Source of the DNA: an uncultured Candidatus Saccharibacteria bacterium
GTDB lineage: Bacteria; Patescibacteriota; Minisyncoccia; SW-4-49-11
Reading direction: 5' to 3'
Assembly: GCA_964585065.1 (NCBI GenBank)
Contig: CAZPCB010000001.1
Span: 226,866-290,865 of the forward strand
DNA length: 64,000 nucleotides
The notes under the pieces were generated by a model, which had not been told where the DNA came from, searched no databases, and saw nothing but the letters and a program-made list of their open reading frames with translations. Numbering within the stretch: position 1 is the stretch's first letter; each line of letters opens with the position of its first letter. This document shows positions 40,811 to 50,406 of the stretch, one piece after another. The position numbers were made by a program, and so were the translations under genes.

Positions 40811-41479
40811 TTATTCTGTTTCTTCTGCCTCTTTATCTTTAGAGTTATTTTCAGCTTGAGATTTCTCTAAAGCATCTAATTCTTCTTTGCTAAGTTCTGG
40901 CTCTTCTTCCGATTGTGGAGCTTCCGTAATTGCAATTAATTCTTCTGCCTCAAGTAAAGAGGTAACTCCCTTTGGGAATACTAAATCAGAAACACGAATC
41001 ACATCATCTACTGTCTCAAGAGTTGATATATCAACTACTATATGTTCTGGCAAATCTCCAGGCAAAGCAGACACCTCTATTTCTTGATGAATTTTGATTA
41101 AAATATTTCCATCTTTTTCTGATTGAGATACTCCCTCAAATTCAAGAACTACGGGTGTTTCAACCTCTTCATTTAAATCCGGTGCAAAAAAATCAATAGA
41201 TAAAATTTCAGCTTTTAATGGATTTCTTTGAATATCCTTCACAAGAGTAGGATATGACTTTTTACCTAAAACAATAGTAATAAGGGTTGACTCTTCTACC
41301 TCTGCTAATATCTTATTAAGCTCAAGAGCATTAATTTGTATTAATTCTGGCTTTGCCTTACCAAGCCCACTTCCATATAATACTCCTGGAACTAATCCTT
41401 CTTTTCGTAAAATAGTACTTTGACTACTTCCTTTCTTCTCACGCTTTTCTACAACTAATGATATCACTTCTTTTTTCAT
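40811..41479 (-). CDS. rplY: 50S ribosomal protein L25 / general stress protein Ctc
   Basis: N-terminal ...REKKGSSQSTILRKEGLVPGVLYG... and acidic C-terminal tail. Confidence 0.85.
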   Translation of the reverse strand: MKKEVISLVVEKREKKGSSQSTILRKEGLVPGVLYGSGLGKAKPELIQINALELNKILAEVEESTLITIVLGKKSYPTLVKDIQRNPLKAEILSIDFFAPDLNEEVETPVVLEFEGVSQSEKDGNILIKIHQEIEVSALPGDLPEHIVVDISTLETVDDVIRVSDLVFPKGVTSLLEAEELIAITEAPQSEEEPELSKEELDALEKSQAENNSKDKEAEETE

Positions 41480-41715
41480 ACAGATTTATCTTGACATTAT
41501 TATACCTATAGATGTATTATACACTATATATTATAAAATTTCAATGCATTATGACTATTTCCCCAAAACTCAAACGCTTTGTTAAAAAAACAGTATTTAT
41601 TATATTTTTTATCATCATATTATTAGGATTACTTTCTTATCTTATAGCACCATTTTTTGCGGTAAAATAAAAATAATTGATTTATCTGAAACTATTTGAT
41701 ATAATATGGTCTATA

Positions 41716-41787
41716 TGTCCGATCGTCTAATTGGTAGGACGACAGGTTTTGGTCCTGTTAATCTAGGTTCGAGTCCTGGTCGGACAA
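41716..41787 (+). tRNA. tRNA-Gln (anticodon UUG), no encoded CCA
   Basis: Hand-folded cloverleaf: U1-A72 acceptor TGTCCGA/TCGGACA, D-loop AATTGGTA, anticodon stem ACAGG/CCTGT with loop TTTTGGT, T-loop TTCGAGT. Confidence 0.7.
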
Positions 41788-41792
41788 CATTA

Positions 41793-42242
41793 TTATAATC
41801 GCTCTTTATCAAAGAAAAATGCCCACCAACGCTCTGGATTCGTTTGAGCTGGAAGACGCTTTTCTGATTGGGGATCTCTTAGAATTGATACTAAATCTTG
41901 ATTATTAAGATTAGCAGTAATTGATCCTGGAGTTATTAGTACAACCTGCTCACCTGGCTTTTTTAAATCTAGCTTTTGTTTAGCTTCTCTTTCTTGATAA
42001 GCTGAAGAGCTAATATATTCTTTTATTTGCTCTAGAGACAAAAAATCTTGTTTAATACGAGCAACTTGTTTAGTTAATGCTTGTTTTTCTTGTTCTATTG
42101 CATATTTACGTTCAAATATAATAAAAAGATTCTTTGCAATAAATCCAATAGCTATAATAAGCAATAATCCAATAAATCCATTTCGAACATAATGCTTTGA
42201 AGGAGATTTTGTCGTTGATTTACTACTTAAACGTTTTTTCAT
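41793..42242 (-). CDS. FtsB/DivIC-like septum formation initiator
   Basis: N-terminal TM followed by a coiled coil; 149 aa. Confidence 0.5.
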   Translation of the reverse strand: MKKRLSSKSTTKSPSKHYVRNGFIGLLLIIAIGFIAKNLFIIFERKYAIEQEKQALTKQVARIKQDFLSLEQIKEYISSSAYQEREAKQKLDLKKPGEQVVLITPGSITANLNNQDLVSILRDPQSEKRLPAQTNPERWWAFFFDKERL

Positions 42243-42245
42243 ATA

Positions 42246-43493
42246 CTAATAGCCACAACTTGATGGGTTTACCGGAGCTCCCTGTGGACTAGATCCAATT
42301 CTGAGAGAATTAGGCAAATAAATCGTAAAGTGAAGATGAGGCCCTGTTGCAAAACCTGTTGAACCTATTGCCCCAATTCTCTGTCCTCTGGTGACAGATT
42401 GTCCATTTGATACATTTTGAGCTGATAAGTGACCATATAATGAGAAGTATCCGTCTGTATGTTTAATGACTATCCATTTTCCATAGGAATTATTATTAAA
42501 TCCAACACTTACCACCGTACCTGCCGCTGTTGCATAAACAGGAGTACCGTTTGGAGCCCCAATATCAATTCCATTATGTCCAGCTCCTCCATAGGCACCC
42601 GATTTAGCATATGATGTCATACCATATCCTTGTGTAATTTTACCACCCTGCACAGGCCAAGAATATCCTCGAGCGGAACATACTGTTCCCCCACCCCCAA
42701 ATTGACGAGATAAAGCTGCTTCTAAATTTGCAAGTTCCACTGCGGTTGCTCGTCTTTGATTTTCTAATTCTTGTTCTTGAGAAGACAAGCTATTAAGACT
42801 TGAGTTTAATTGATTGACGGCAACAGCCGAGGCCTTAGCTTGGCTTTGAACCTGATTTTTATCACTTTCAATCGATTCTTTTCTATCCTGTAATGTACCT
42901 TGTGTAGAGGCTAAAGTCGCTTTTTGATTAGCAAGATTTTGATTTTCAGTATCAAGCACCCCTTTTTTTGTAGTAATATCAGCTAATAAAACCTGTATTT
43001 TACTTTGTATCGTATCGGAATATTCTACCTCATTGAATACTTCAGATAATGTATCTGCACTTACAGCTGCTACGATTTCATTTTTCACTTGAGACTGCTT
43101 ATATAAACTTTCTACTAAACTTCTAATTGTCTCTTTATTACTTGCAATTTGACTTTCTAAATCTTGAATATTTTGTGTTGTTTCTTGAATATTTCCTTCT
43201 GTTTCATTTAATTTTTGCCCTACCTCTACTAATTGTCCCTGCAAATTTTTAATATCTGAATTCAATTGACTTACCTGCCCCTTTAATGCGTTAACTTCTG
43301 CTTCCTTACTACTTTTTTGTTGTGCTGTTTGATTTTTTTTATTCTGAATTGCTTGAATTTGTTGTTCAATTTTTTGAATTTGAGCATTTTTTGCATTAAT
43401 CTCTGATTGTGTTACTGCCAATACTGGAACAGTACCTTGAGTTATAATCAAGGCTATTATACTGAGAGCTGTAATTGTATATCTTAATTTCAT
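42246..43493 (-). CDS. coiled-coil M23 family metallopeptidase (EnvC/LytM-like)
   Basis: Signal peptide, long Gln-rich coiled coil, C-terminal HNGIDIG...HLHFTIY M23 motifs. Confidence 0.8.
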   Translation of the reverse strand: MKLRYTITALSIIALIITQGTVPVLAVTQSEINAKNAQIQKIEQQIQAIQNKKNQTAQQKSSKEAEVNALKGQVSQLNSDIKNLQGQLVEVGQKLNETEGNIQETTQNIQDLESQIASNKETIRSLVESLYKQSQVKNEIVAAVSADTLSEVFNEVEYSDTIQSKIQVLLADITTKKGVLDTENQNLANQKATLASTQGTLQDRKESIESDKNQVQSQAKASAVAVNQLNSSLNSLSSQEQELENQRRATAVELANLEAALSRQFGGGGTVCSARGYSWPVQGGKITQGYGMTSYAKSGAYGGAGHNGIDIGAPNGTPVYATAAGTVVSVGFNNNSYGKWIVIKHTDGYFSLYGHLSAQNVSNGQSVTRGQRIGAIGSTGFATGPHLHFTIYLPNSLRIGSSPQGAPVNPSSCGY

Positions 43494-43532
43494 ATTGTAT
43501 TCTTGTTTGTTCTAGGACTTATATTGTCTCAA

Positions 43533-44966
43533 TTATTCTTTGAGCAGATTTTGAGCATAGTGAATACGTTTTAGGGATTCCTCTTTACCAATTATTGAGA
43601 TAATCTCAAATGGTGATGGTGATTTTTCGAGTCCTGACAAAGCTACTCTTAAAGGCCATAATATTTCACCCATTTGTCTCTTATTTTCTTGTATGGCATC
43701 CTTTATAAGAGACTCTATTGTGTCAAATTGACTTTCCTCTATAGTATACACCAATTGATAAGACCACTCAAGACTATTTATAATATCCTCTTTTGTCATA
43801 GCCTTAAAAGCCAATATATCAGGACTATATTCAGGCTGATTCCATAAAAAGCCAATTTCCTTGCCAATATCAGCAAATTTTTTAATACGATTTATTTCTA
43901 GCTGAATAATGGCTTCTAATTGTTTGGCCTGCCATATTTCAATATCAAATCCATTTTGTATAAGATATTGAGTACCAAGTTCAATTTGCTTTTCAAGGCT
44001 TAATTGCTTAATATAATGAGAATTTATTGAATCTAATTTTTGTATATTGAATATAGCCCCACTTTTTTGAACCCGTTTCAAACTAAACTTCTCGATGATT
44101 TCACCCATAGTATAGTATTCCCTATCATTCCCTTCATTCCATCCAAGTAAAGCAAGAAAATTAACAAGAGCTTCTGGTAAATATCCCTGATCCTTATATT
44201 CTCGAATAGAGGTTGCTCCAAAACGCTTAGACATTTTAGATTTATCAGGAGCCAAAATAAGAGGTAAATGAGCAAAGTTTTTACGACTAAATCCCAAAGC
44301 CTGATTAATAAGTATTTGCTTTGGGGTATTTGCGATATGATCATCTCCTCGGATAATATGGGTAATTTGCATTAATTCATCATCGATTACTACTACAAAA
44401 TTATATAGAGGATAATCTAAATTTTTTGCTATGACAAAATCACCCAGTAAAGAAGTATCAAATTCAATGAATCCTTTAATTTTATCCTCAAAACTAATTT
44501 TAGTGTCACTTACCTTAAATCTTAAAACTGATTCTTGAGTAGGCTCAATACTCTGATCACGATAGGGAGACCTCAATACAAATTGCTCATTGTTATCATC
44601 AGCCTGCTGTTTTAAATTATCAATTTCTTGTTCAGTAAGATTACACCAAAAAGCATTGCCACCTTGTATTAATTGTTCCAAATAGGGTTTATATATATCT
44701 CCTCTTTGACTTTGACGATAAGGACCTAATCCTCCTATTTCACCCTGAGAGACAATCCCTTCATCAGGAATTAATCCAAGCCATTCTAATCCCTCTATAA
44801 TATCTTGCTCTGATTCTTTAGTTGAGCGAGCGATATCAGTATCTTCAATACGAATAGCAAAAATTCCTTTTTGATTTTTGGCGTATAAATAATTAAATAA
44901 TGCGGTTCTCGCAGTTCCAATATGAAGATTTCCTGTAGGAGAAGGGGCAATTCTTGTTTTAATCAT
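43533..44966 (-). CDS. gltX: glutamyl-tRNA synthetase
   Basis: HIGH motif (PTGNLHIGTART) and KMSKR (KMSKS variant). Confidence 0.9.
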   Translation of the reverse strand: MIKTRIAPSPTGNLHIGTARTALFNYLYAKNQKGIFAIRIEDTDIARSTKESEQDIIEGLEWLGLIPDEGIVSQGEIGGLGPYRQSQRGDIYKPYLEQLIQGGNAFWCNLTEQEIDNLKQQADDNNEQFVLRSPYRDQSIEPTQESVLRFKVSDTKISFEDKIKGFIEFDTSLLGDFVIAKNLDYPLYNFVVVIDDELMQITHIIRGDDHIANTPKQILINQALGFSRKNFAHLPLILAPDKSKMSKRFGATSIREYKDQGYLPEALVNFLALLGWNEGNDREYYTMGEIIEKFSLKRVQKSGAIFNIQKLDSINSHYIKQLSLEKQIELGTQYLIQNGFDIEIWQAKQLEAIIQLEINRIKKFADIGKEIGFLWNQPEYSPDILAFKAMTKEDIINSLEWSYQLVYTIEESQFDTIESLIKDAIQENKRQMGEILWPLRVALSGLEKSPSPFEIISIIGKEESLKRIHYAQNLLKE

Positions 44967-45013
44967 ACCAATATCTTGTTCTTAATTGCTATCTATTATA
45001 TCATATATTACTA

Positions 45014-45865
45014 CTATTTTCCACGAATTACATCTCTTATACTCAGTCCTCCAAATAATATCCATGAGAATATATATAATGCTATTTTTTGATACCATTG
45101 AGTATAATACCATTTACTAAAATATCGATTAAATCCCCTTTGCCAATATAGTCTTTTCTTCATATTAAGAAGTTTTTTAGTGCTTGCCCCATGATAATGA
45201 TACATATGAGCCTGGGCTACATAATAGGTAATATATCCTCTTGATTGCAAATTTTTGGATAAATCGACATCATTAAAGAATAACCAATAATCAGCATTAT
45301 CATCAAATCCCCCAATTTCCTGTATAATACTACTTCGTATCATAATAGCTGATGCCATAGGTTGTTCACATTCTTGGCTTTGAGTATAATCAAAATTATC
45401 ATTCCATGCCCCTTTCATAACCGAACTGAGCATATGTTTAGGATTGGGTAGTCGTCTACAACTTTTCTGTATACTTCCATCAGGATATTGTAATTGAGGA
45501 GCCACCATACTATATTCAGAATTCCCATCTAATATAGAGACCAATTCCTCAATACTACTTGGCTGTACTACAATATCTTGATTAAGCCAAAGAGTATATT
45601 CCCCCTGAATATGTTTTAAGGCAACATTATTCCCCGCAGCATATCCTAAATTATCTTTATTCGTAATAATAGTTAATAGAGCTTTCTTATTATCCCATAT
45701 TTGATCTAATTCCTGTAAATATGCAGCCGTATTATCTGTAGAGCCATTATCGATAATAATAAGCTGATAGTAGTCCTTATATGTATCACAAATAGACTGA
45801 ATACAAGCCTGCAAATCTTTTTGATTATTCCAAGCTAAAATGACAATAGATACCTTGGGTATCAT
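45014..45865 (-). CDS. glycosyltransferase family 2
   Basis: VSIVILAWNNQKDL...DNGSTD GT-A motifs. Confidence 0.75.
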   Translation of the reverse strand: MIPKVSIVILAWNNQKDLQACIQSICDTYKDYYQLIIIDNGSTDNTAAYLQELDQIWDNKKALLTIITNKDNLGYAAGNNVALKHIQGEYTLWLNQDIVVQPSSIEELVSILDGNSEYSMVAPQLQYPDGSIQKSCRRLPNPKHMLSSVMKGAWNDNFDYTQSQECEQPMASAIMIRSSIIQEIGGFDDNADYWLFFNDVDLSKNLQSRGYITYYVAQAHMYHYHGASTKKLLNMKKRLYWQRGFNRYFSKWYYTQWYQKIALYIFSWILFGGLSIRDVIRGK

Positions 45866-46539
45866 AGAGGAGATTTAATATAATCCTTCCAAATTCTAAA
45901 TAAATCTCCCGTTGCGACTACATCTCTCATACAATATTCTGCAATATCATGATATTTACCATCAATAAACATCTGAGGTACATCTAAACCGGTAACTCCA
46001 GCACTTTTTGGACTTGTAATCCCAAATCGTTTACAAAAATAATCTAAATTAAATCGTTTTGTTGTATTATAAAATGTTAATTGATCAAATAAATCAATAT
46101 GCTCTTTATCAGAATAGCGATATGGTATCAAATTTTTAGTAGGTTTAATACGATGAATGGCTGATCGCATCAAAATATAAGGACAATCAAATGATCTTCC
46201 ATTAAAGGTAATAAAGGTTGAATACTTGCGAATAGTAGCCCAAAACTTTTCTAAGATTTCAGCCTCGCTACCCACCAAATAATGTACTCCATCCTTTTCA
46301 TATCGTTCTTCTAATTTACCATTAGGAGCCTGTAAGTACACACTTTTAATATCTTTATCAGGGTCATATAATCCTATTGCAACAATTTGACCTGTAAGAG
46401 GATATAATCCTAATGTGGTCTTTACTAATTCTTGTTGCTCCTCATTCTCAGCATATTTTAATAAATATTTTTGAGTATCAACATCTAAAGATTCCCAATT
46501 ATCCCCTACTGTTTCAATATCGAATACTAAATTTGACAT
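45862..46539 (-). CDS. predicted DEDDy 3'-5' exonuclease (PolB-exo-like, YprB family)
   Basis: Exo I FDIETVG, Exo II FNGRSFDCPYI, Exo III YCMRDV. Confidence 0.5.
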   Translation of the reverse strand: MSNLVFDIETVGDNWESLDVDTQKYLLKYAENEEQQELVKTTLGLYPLTGQIVAIGLYDPDKDIKSVYLQAPNGKLEERYEKDGVHYLVGSEAEILEKFWATIRKYSTFITFNGRSFDCPYILMRSAIHRIKPTKNLIPYRYSDKEHIDLFDQLTFYNTTKRFNLDYFCKRFGITSPKSAGVTGLDVPQMFIDGKYHDIAEYCMRDVVATGDLFRIWKDYIKSPL

Positions 46540-46554
46540 ATATATATATATATA

Positions 46555-47298
46555 TTATTTATCTTTTTGTATCATACTATATTTTTGAATAAATGCATAT
46601 ATTTTCTTAAATACTTTTTCTTTACTATGATCTAAATTTACCAGATGATAGGAATCTTTAATCCACATAGTTTGAATATATTTGGCTGGAGTTTTAAGCC
46701 ATTTTTTGAATATATCAATATTATAATCTGGTATCAAATGATCCGTAGTTGATTGTATGAGTAAAATTGGGTCTTTCACCTTTTTAATATAAAATCTTCT
46801 TACCTGTTTGGTCAATAAATACACTTGAGCCGCTGAACTAATAGGAAAAGAATTATAGGCTCCCTTACGAGATAATGATATTTCTTGAATACGTTTTTCA
46901 GGAAATGAATTCTTTTTCTGTATTTGATAGGGTATATATTTGAGAAGATGAGCAAAATATCTCATACTCCATTGAATCTTAATACGAAGTGGAGTACCAA
47001 TAGAAATAATCCCATTTACCGGATATTTGGAAGCTATATACAAAGCTAATTGCCCCCCAGTAGAAAGCCCCCCTACAAATACAATATCCCACTTTTTCAT
47101 AGCCTGAAGATAAGCTCTCTCAGCTTGATATAGCCAATCCTGATATGTTACTCCATGTAAATCAGAGGATTTGGTATTATGTCCCTTTAAATTAATACTT
47201 TTATATTCAATACCTTTTTCTTGTAAATATTGCATCATTTCATGTAAATCATGCTCTGTTGATGTCCATCCAGGGAACCATAATACTCCTATTTTCAT
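46555..47298 (-). CDS. alpha/beta-hydrolase (esterase/lipase)
   Basis: Nucleophile elbow GLSTGG (GxSxG); 247 aa. Confidence 0.6.
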   Translation of the reverse strand: MKIGVLWFPGWTSTEHDLHEMMQYLQEKGIEYKSINLKGHNTKSSDLHGVTYQDWLYQAERAYLQAMKKWDIVFVGGLSTGGQLALYIASKYPVNGIISIGTPLRIKIQWSMRYFAHLLKYIPYQIQKKNSFPEKRIQEISLSRKGAYNSFPISSAAQVYLLTKQVRRFYIKKVKDPILLIQSTTDHLIPDYNIDIFKKWLKTPAKYIQTMWIKDSYHLVNLDHSKEKVFKKIYAFIQKYSMIQKDK

Positions 47299-47302
47299 AT
47301 TC

Positions 47303-48469
47303 TTATCCCTTAAATGATCTAATATATTGCATCATCTCCAAATAGAATTGTAAATTATGTCTACTCAGATATTCTAGGGCATATTGTTCTTTGACATTAT
47401 ACAAATGCCGTATATAAGCTCTCGTATATGCTTGAGATCCCTCCCACTCAGCATAAGGATCAATAGTATGAGTATCTTCCCGATATATAAGATTTTGTAT
47501 TTTGAGAATATCAAAGAATTTTATTTCTGGAAGACTTGCTGACTCTTTATTTTGCTCTAAATCACGTAAATATTGATGTACATCTTGTTCCTTATTGGCT
47601 GATTTCCAAACATATATTGTACCATGGCGGGCTTCTCTCGTTGGGATAACACAATCGAACATATCTACACCAAGTGAACTGGCATAGGCAATTTCTTCTG
47701 GTTTACCAAGCCCCATCAAATAGCGAGGTTTATTTTCCGGTAATAATGGAGTAATCCATTGTATTACTTGTAATACATCAGCTCTCGATTCCCCTACTGA
47801 AACACCTCCAATTGCATATCCATCAAATCCAATTTCTTGTAATTGGGCTAAACTTAATTTGCGTAAATCTTCATAAATACCACCTTGTACAATGCCAAAT
47901 AATAATGGTCTGCTATTATCTTTTCTGGGATCACTTTGCAATAATCTTTCTAATTCATCTTTGGAGCGTTTTGCCCATCTTGTTGTTAATTCTAATGATT
48001 TCAAAATATAGGCTCTATCAGAATTCCCAGGGGGACATTCATCTAAAACCATAATAATATCACTACCTAAATAATATTGTGTGCGAATAGACTCTTCTGG
48101 ACTTAATAAATGCTCACTTCCATCTAGATGAGACCGGAAATATACCCCTTCTTCAGTAATTTTATTAATATTAGATAAACTAAATACCTGAAATCCCCCA
48201 CTATCTGTCAAAATAGCTTTGGGCCAATTGGTAAATTGATGTAATCCTCCTAGCTTATGTACTAATTCATATCCTGGTTTCAAATACAGATGATAGGTAT
48301 TCATCAAGATAATATCGGTTGGGAATTGAGTTAGTATTTCCTGATTACCAATACCTCGAATACTACCCTTAGTGGCCACGGGCATAAAAAAAGGAGTAGA
48401 TATATTATTATGTGTCGTCTCTAATATACCATGTCTTAGAGCATGGATTTTCTCTGATATCTCAAACAT
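47303..48469 (-). CDS. tgt: queuine tRNA-ribosyltransferase
   Basis: LTDSGGFQVFSL substrate-binding motif; 388 aa. Confidence 0.9.
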   Translation of the reverse strand: MFEISEKIHALRHGILETTHNNISTPFFMPVATKGSIRGIGNQEILTQFPTDIILMNTYHLYLKPGYELVHKLGGLHQFTNWPKAILTDSGGFQVFSLSNINKITEEGVYFRSHLDGSEHLLSPEESIRTQYYLGSDIIMVLDECPPGNSDRAYILKSLELTTRWAKRSKDELERLLQSDPRKDNSRPLLFGIVQGGIYEDLRKLSLAQLQEIGFDGYAIGGVSVGESRADVLQVIQWITPLLPENKPRYLMGLGKPEEIAYASSLGVDMFDCVIPTREARHGTIYVWKSANKEQDVHQYLRDLEQNKESASLPEIKFFDILKIQNLIYREDTHTIDPYAEWEGSQAYTRAYIRHLYNVKEQYALEYLSRHNLQFYLEMMQYIRSFKG

Positions 48470-48476
48470 AAACTGT

Positions 48477-50381
48477 TTAATTCTCTACAGTAAGCTGACC
48501 TTTTACATCAGTAACTTGATTACTAGTTGGAATATCTATGTTACCAGACAAATCAATTCCTGTAAATACATCTTTTCCCGTATAATTTACTTTACTCAAT
48601 AAACTTGGCTCTTGTCCTGATTGATTTGGAGTAGGATTAATTGCAATCTGGAATACCGCTCTATAAAGAGGCCTTAATAATCCTGTATTAGCGGGTACAT
48701 TACCAATATCCCAAACAATTTCTTTGGTTTTATCATTATAACTTAATTTTCCAATACCATTATTTGTACTCTGTCCCGTCCAAGTAACATTGGCTGGTAA
48801 TGTAGCCTTTAATACTACACCAGAGACATCATTACTCAAATTTTGTATTTCCCAATTCACCGTAAATGTTGTAGTTTGAGCTAATTTCAATGGAATAGGG
48901 CCATTATTAATAATAGAACTTGCTGAATTTTTATAATATATATTTGATTTTGAAATAAGACGTGTAGCTAATTTTACTTCACTAGCATTCCCTTGAATAA
49001 TTTTATTAACTCCAAGAGTTGTAGGAACTTCATCACTTTCAAATGTAGCCTGTGTTTTAATAACATAATTAATATCTTGAAAATCATCAATAGGAATAAT
49101 ACGCTTTACTGGTACAGAAAAAGTAACCGTCCCCTCTTCATTTGGGGCAAATGTCTTAAGTTGAGGTAATGCATTGGCTCGCCAAATAATGGTATTACTA
49201 CCCGCATCAAAATCAGCTCCTAAAGCTCTTAATTTAGTTATGTCCAATAAATTACTATCCAGTTTGACTTTTAATAATCCCTCCCCTATTCTCACTTGCG
49301 TATTATTTCGAATACTGACAGTATACTCTAGAGTTTCACCTGCCGACACTATTCCTGAGGCAGGGCTTACTTTTTGTACCACACTCACATAAGGAGAGCC
49401 TAATTTAGTTGAATTCTGACTACTTGCATACAAAGTAAATGCTCCTTGTTTATTTTCTCCAATTTGAGCTTTTAGAATTTTAATTTCTTGATCAGTACCT
49501 CCAAGATTACCGCTAACAGTTACGCTAAAAGCTCCTTTTGCTTTTAAGTTGGATATAGTAAAGGTATTTTGCTCATTTCCCATAGCTGGTATATTAGACG
49601 AAACAAAAGCAAAAGTATCAGGATATTCTAAACGCAATTCTAAATCCTTTAAATCACTTGATCCCTTATTATTAACCGTTACTACATAATTAACTGTATC
49701 CCCACTTACACTTTCGAGAGGAGATTGTATATCAATAATGACAGGGCTATCTGCTATGGTAGTTGCAAATTCAGTTTTAGTATCAAAACTTGAGCTTAAA
49801 ATACTTGGTTTATAATTTAATGTTGCTTTAATAGTCTGTATACTTCCCTGTTCCCCTATTAATCGTCCTTTTATGGTGATTTCTCCTTTGGAACGTGGAG
49901 CTAATTCTCCTAAGGAATATTCACGTATTTCTGATTTTTCTTGTCCAAGAATATTCAGGGAAGAATCTGTTAGGGCCTTTGGTAATTCCACCGTAATCTT
50001 AGCATTCTCTAAAGCTACAAGATTATCATTACGATATGTAAGTGTATAGCTAAGCTCTTCACCGGCACTTACTTGAGATTCTCCCTTTACCTCTAATACT
50101 ACTCTTTTATCAGAAAATCTTTGCTGATTAAGCGCATATATAAAACCAGCTATTCCTATTACCACAAATACTGTTAAAGCAATCAAGCTCCATAAAGTAA
50201 TTTTCTTCTTATGTTTTTGAACAAATGTTTGATCTGCAGTCTCAAAAGAAGTCAGTGATGGAGCCTGAGCCTCATCATGTTTAGCATATACACTATATGG
50301 TGTATGCTGCGTACGCTCCTGATCTAAGACTTCACGATCTTCTTTTTGATAAATTTGTTTTTCTATATCTTTTAATGCCAT
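48477..50381 (-). CDS. membrane-anchored cell-surface protein with repeated Ig-like (DUF11/CARDB-like) domains
   Basis: Cytoplasmic N-terminus, single TM (ITLWSLIALTVFVVIGIAGFIYAL), about 560 aa extracellular region with recurring beta-rich segments. Confidence 0.4.
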   Translation of the reverse strand: MALKDIEKQIYQKEDREVLDQERTQHTPYSVYAKHDEAQAPSLTSFETADQTFVQKHKKKITLWSLIALTVFVVIGIAGFIYALNQQRFSDKRVVLEVKGESQVSAGEELSYTLTYRNDNLVALENAKITVELPKALTDSSLNILGQEKSEIREYSLGELAPRSKGEITIKGRLIGEQGSIQTIKATLNYKPSILSSSFDTKTEFATTIADSPVIIDIQSPLESVSGDTVNYVVTVNNKGSSDLKDLELRLEYPDTFAFVSSNIPAMGNEQNTFTISNLKAKGAFSVTVSGNLGGTDQEIKILKAQIGENKQGAFTLYASSQNSTKLGSPYVSVVQKVSPASGIVSAGETLEYTVSIRNNTQVRIGEGLLKVKLDSNLLDITKLRALGADFDAGSNTIIWRANALPQLKTFAPNEEGTVTFSVPVKRIIPIDDFQDINYVIKTQATFESDEVPTTLGVNKIIQGNASEVKLATRLISKSNIYYKNSASSIINNGPIPLKLAQTTTFTVNWEIQNLSNDVSGVVLKATLPANVTWTGQSTNNGIGKLSYNDKTKEIVWDIGNVPANTGLLRPLYRAVFQIAINPTPNQSGQEPSLLSKVNYTGKDVFTGIDLSGNIDIPTSNQVTDVKGQLTVEN

Positions 50382-50406
50382 AGTATTTTTAGCAATATAT
50401 AATTTA

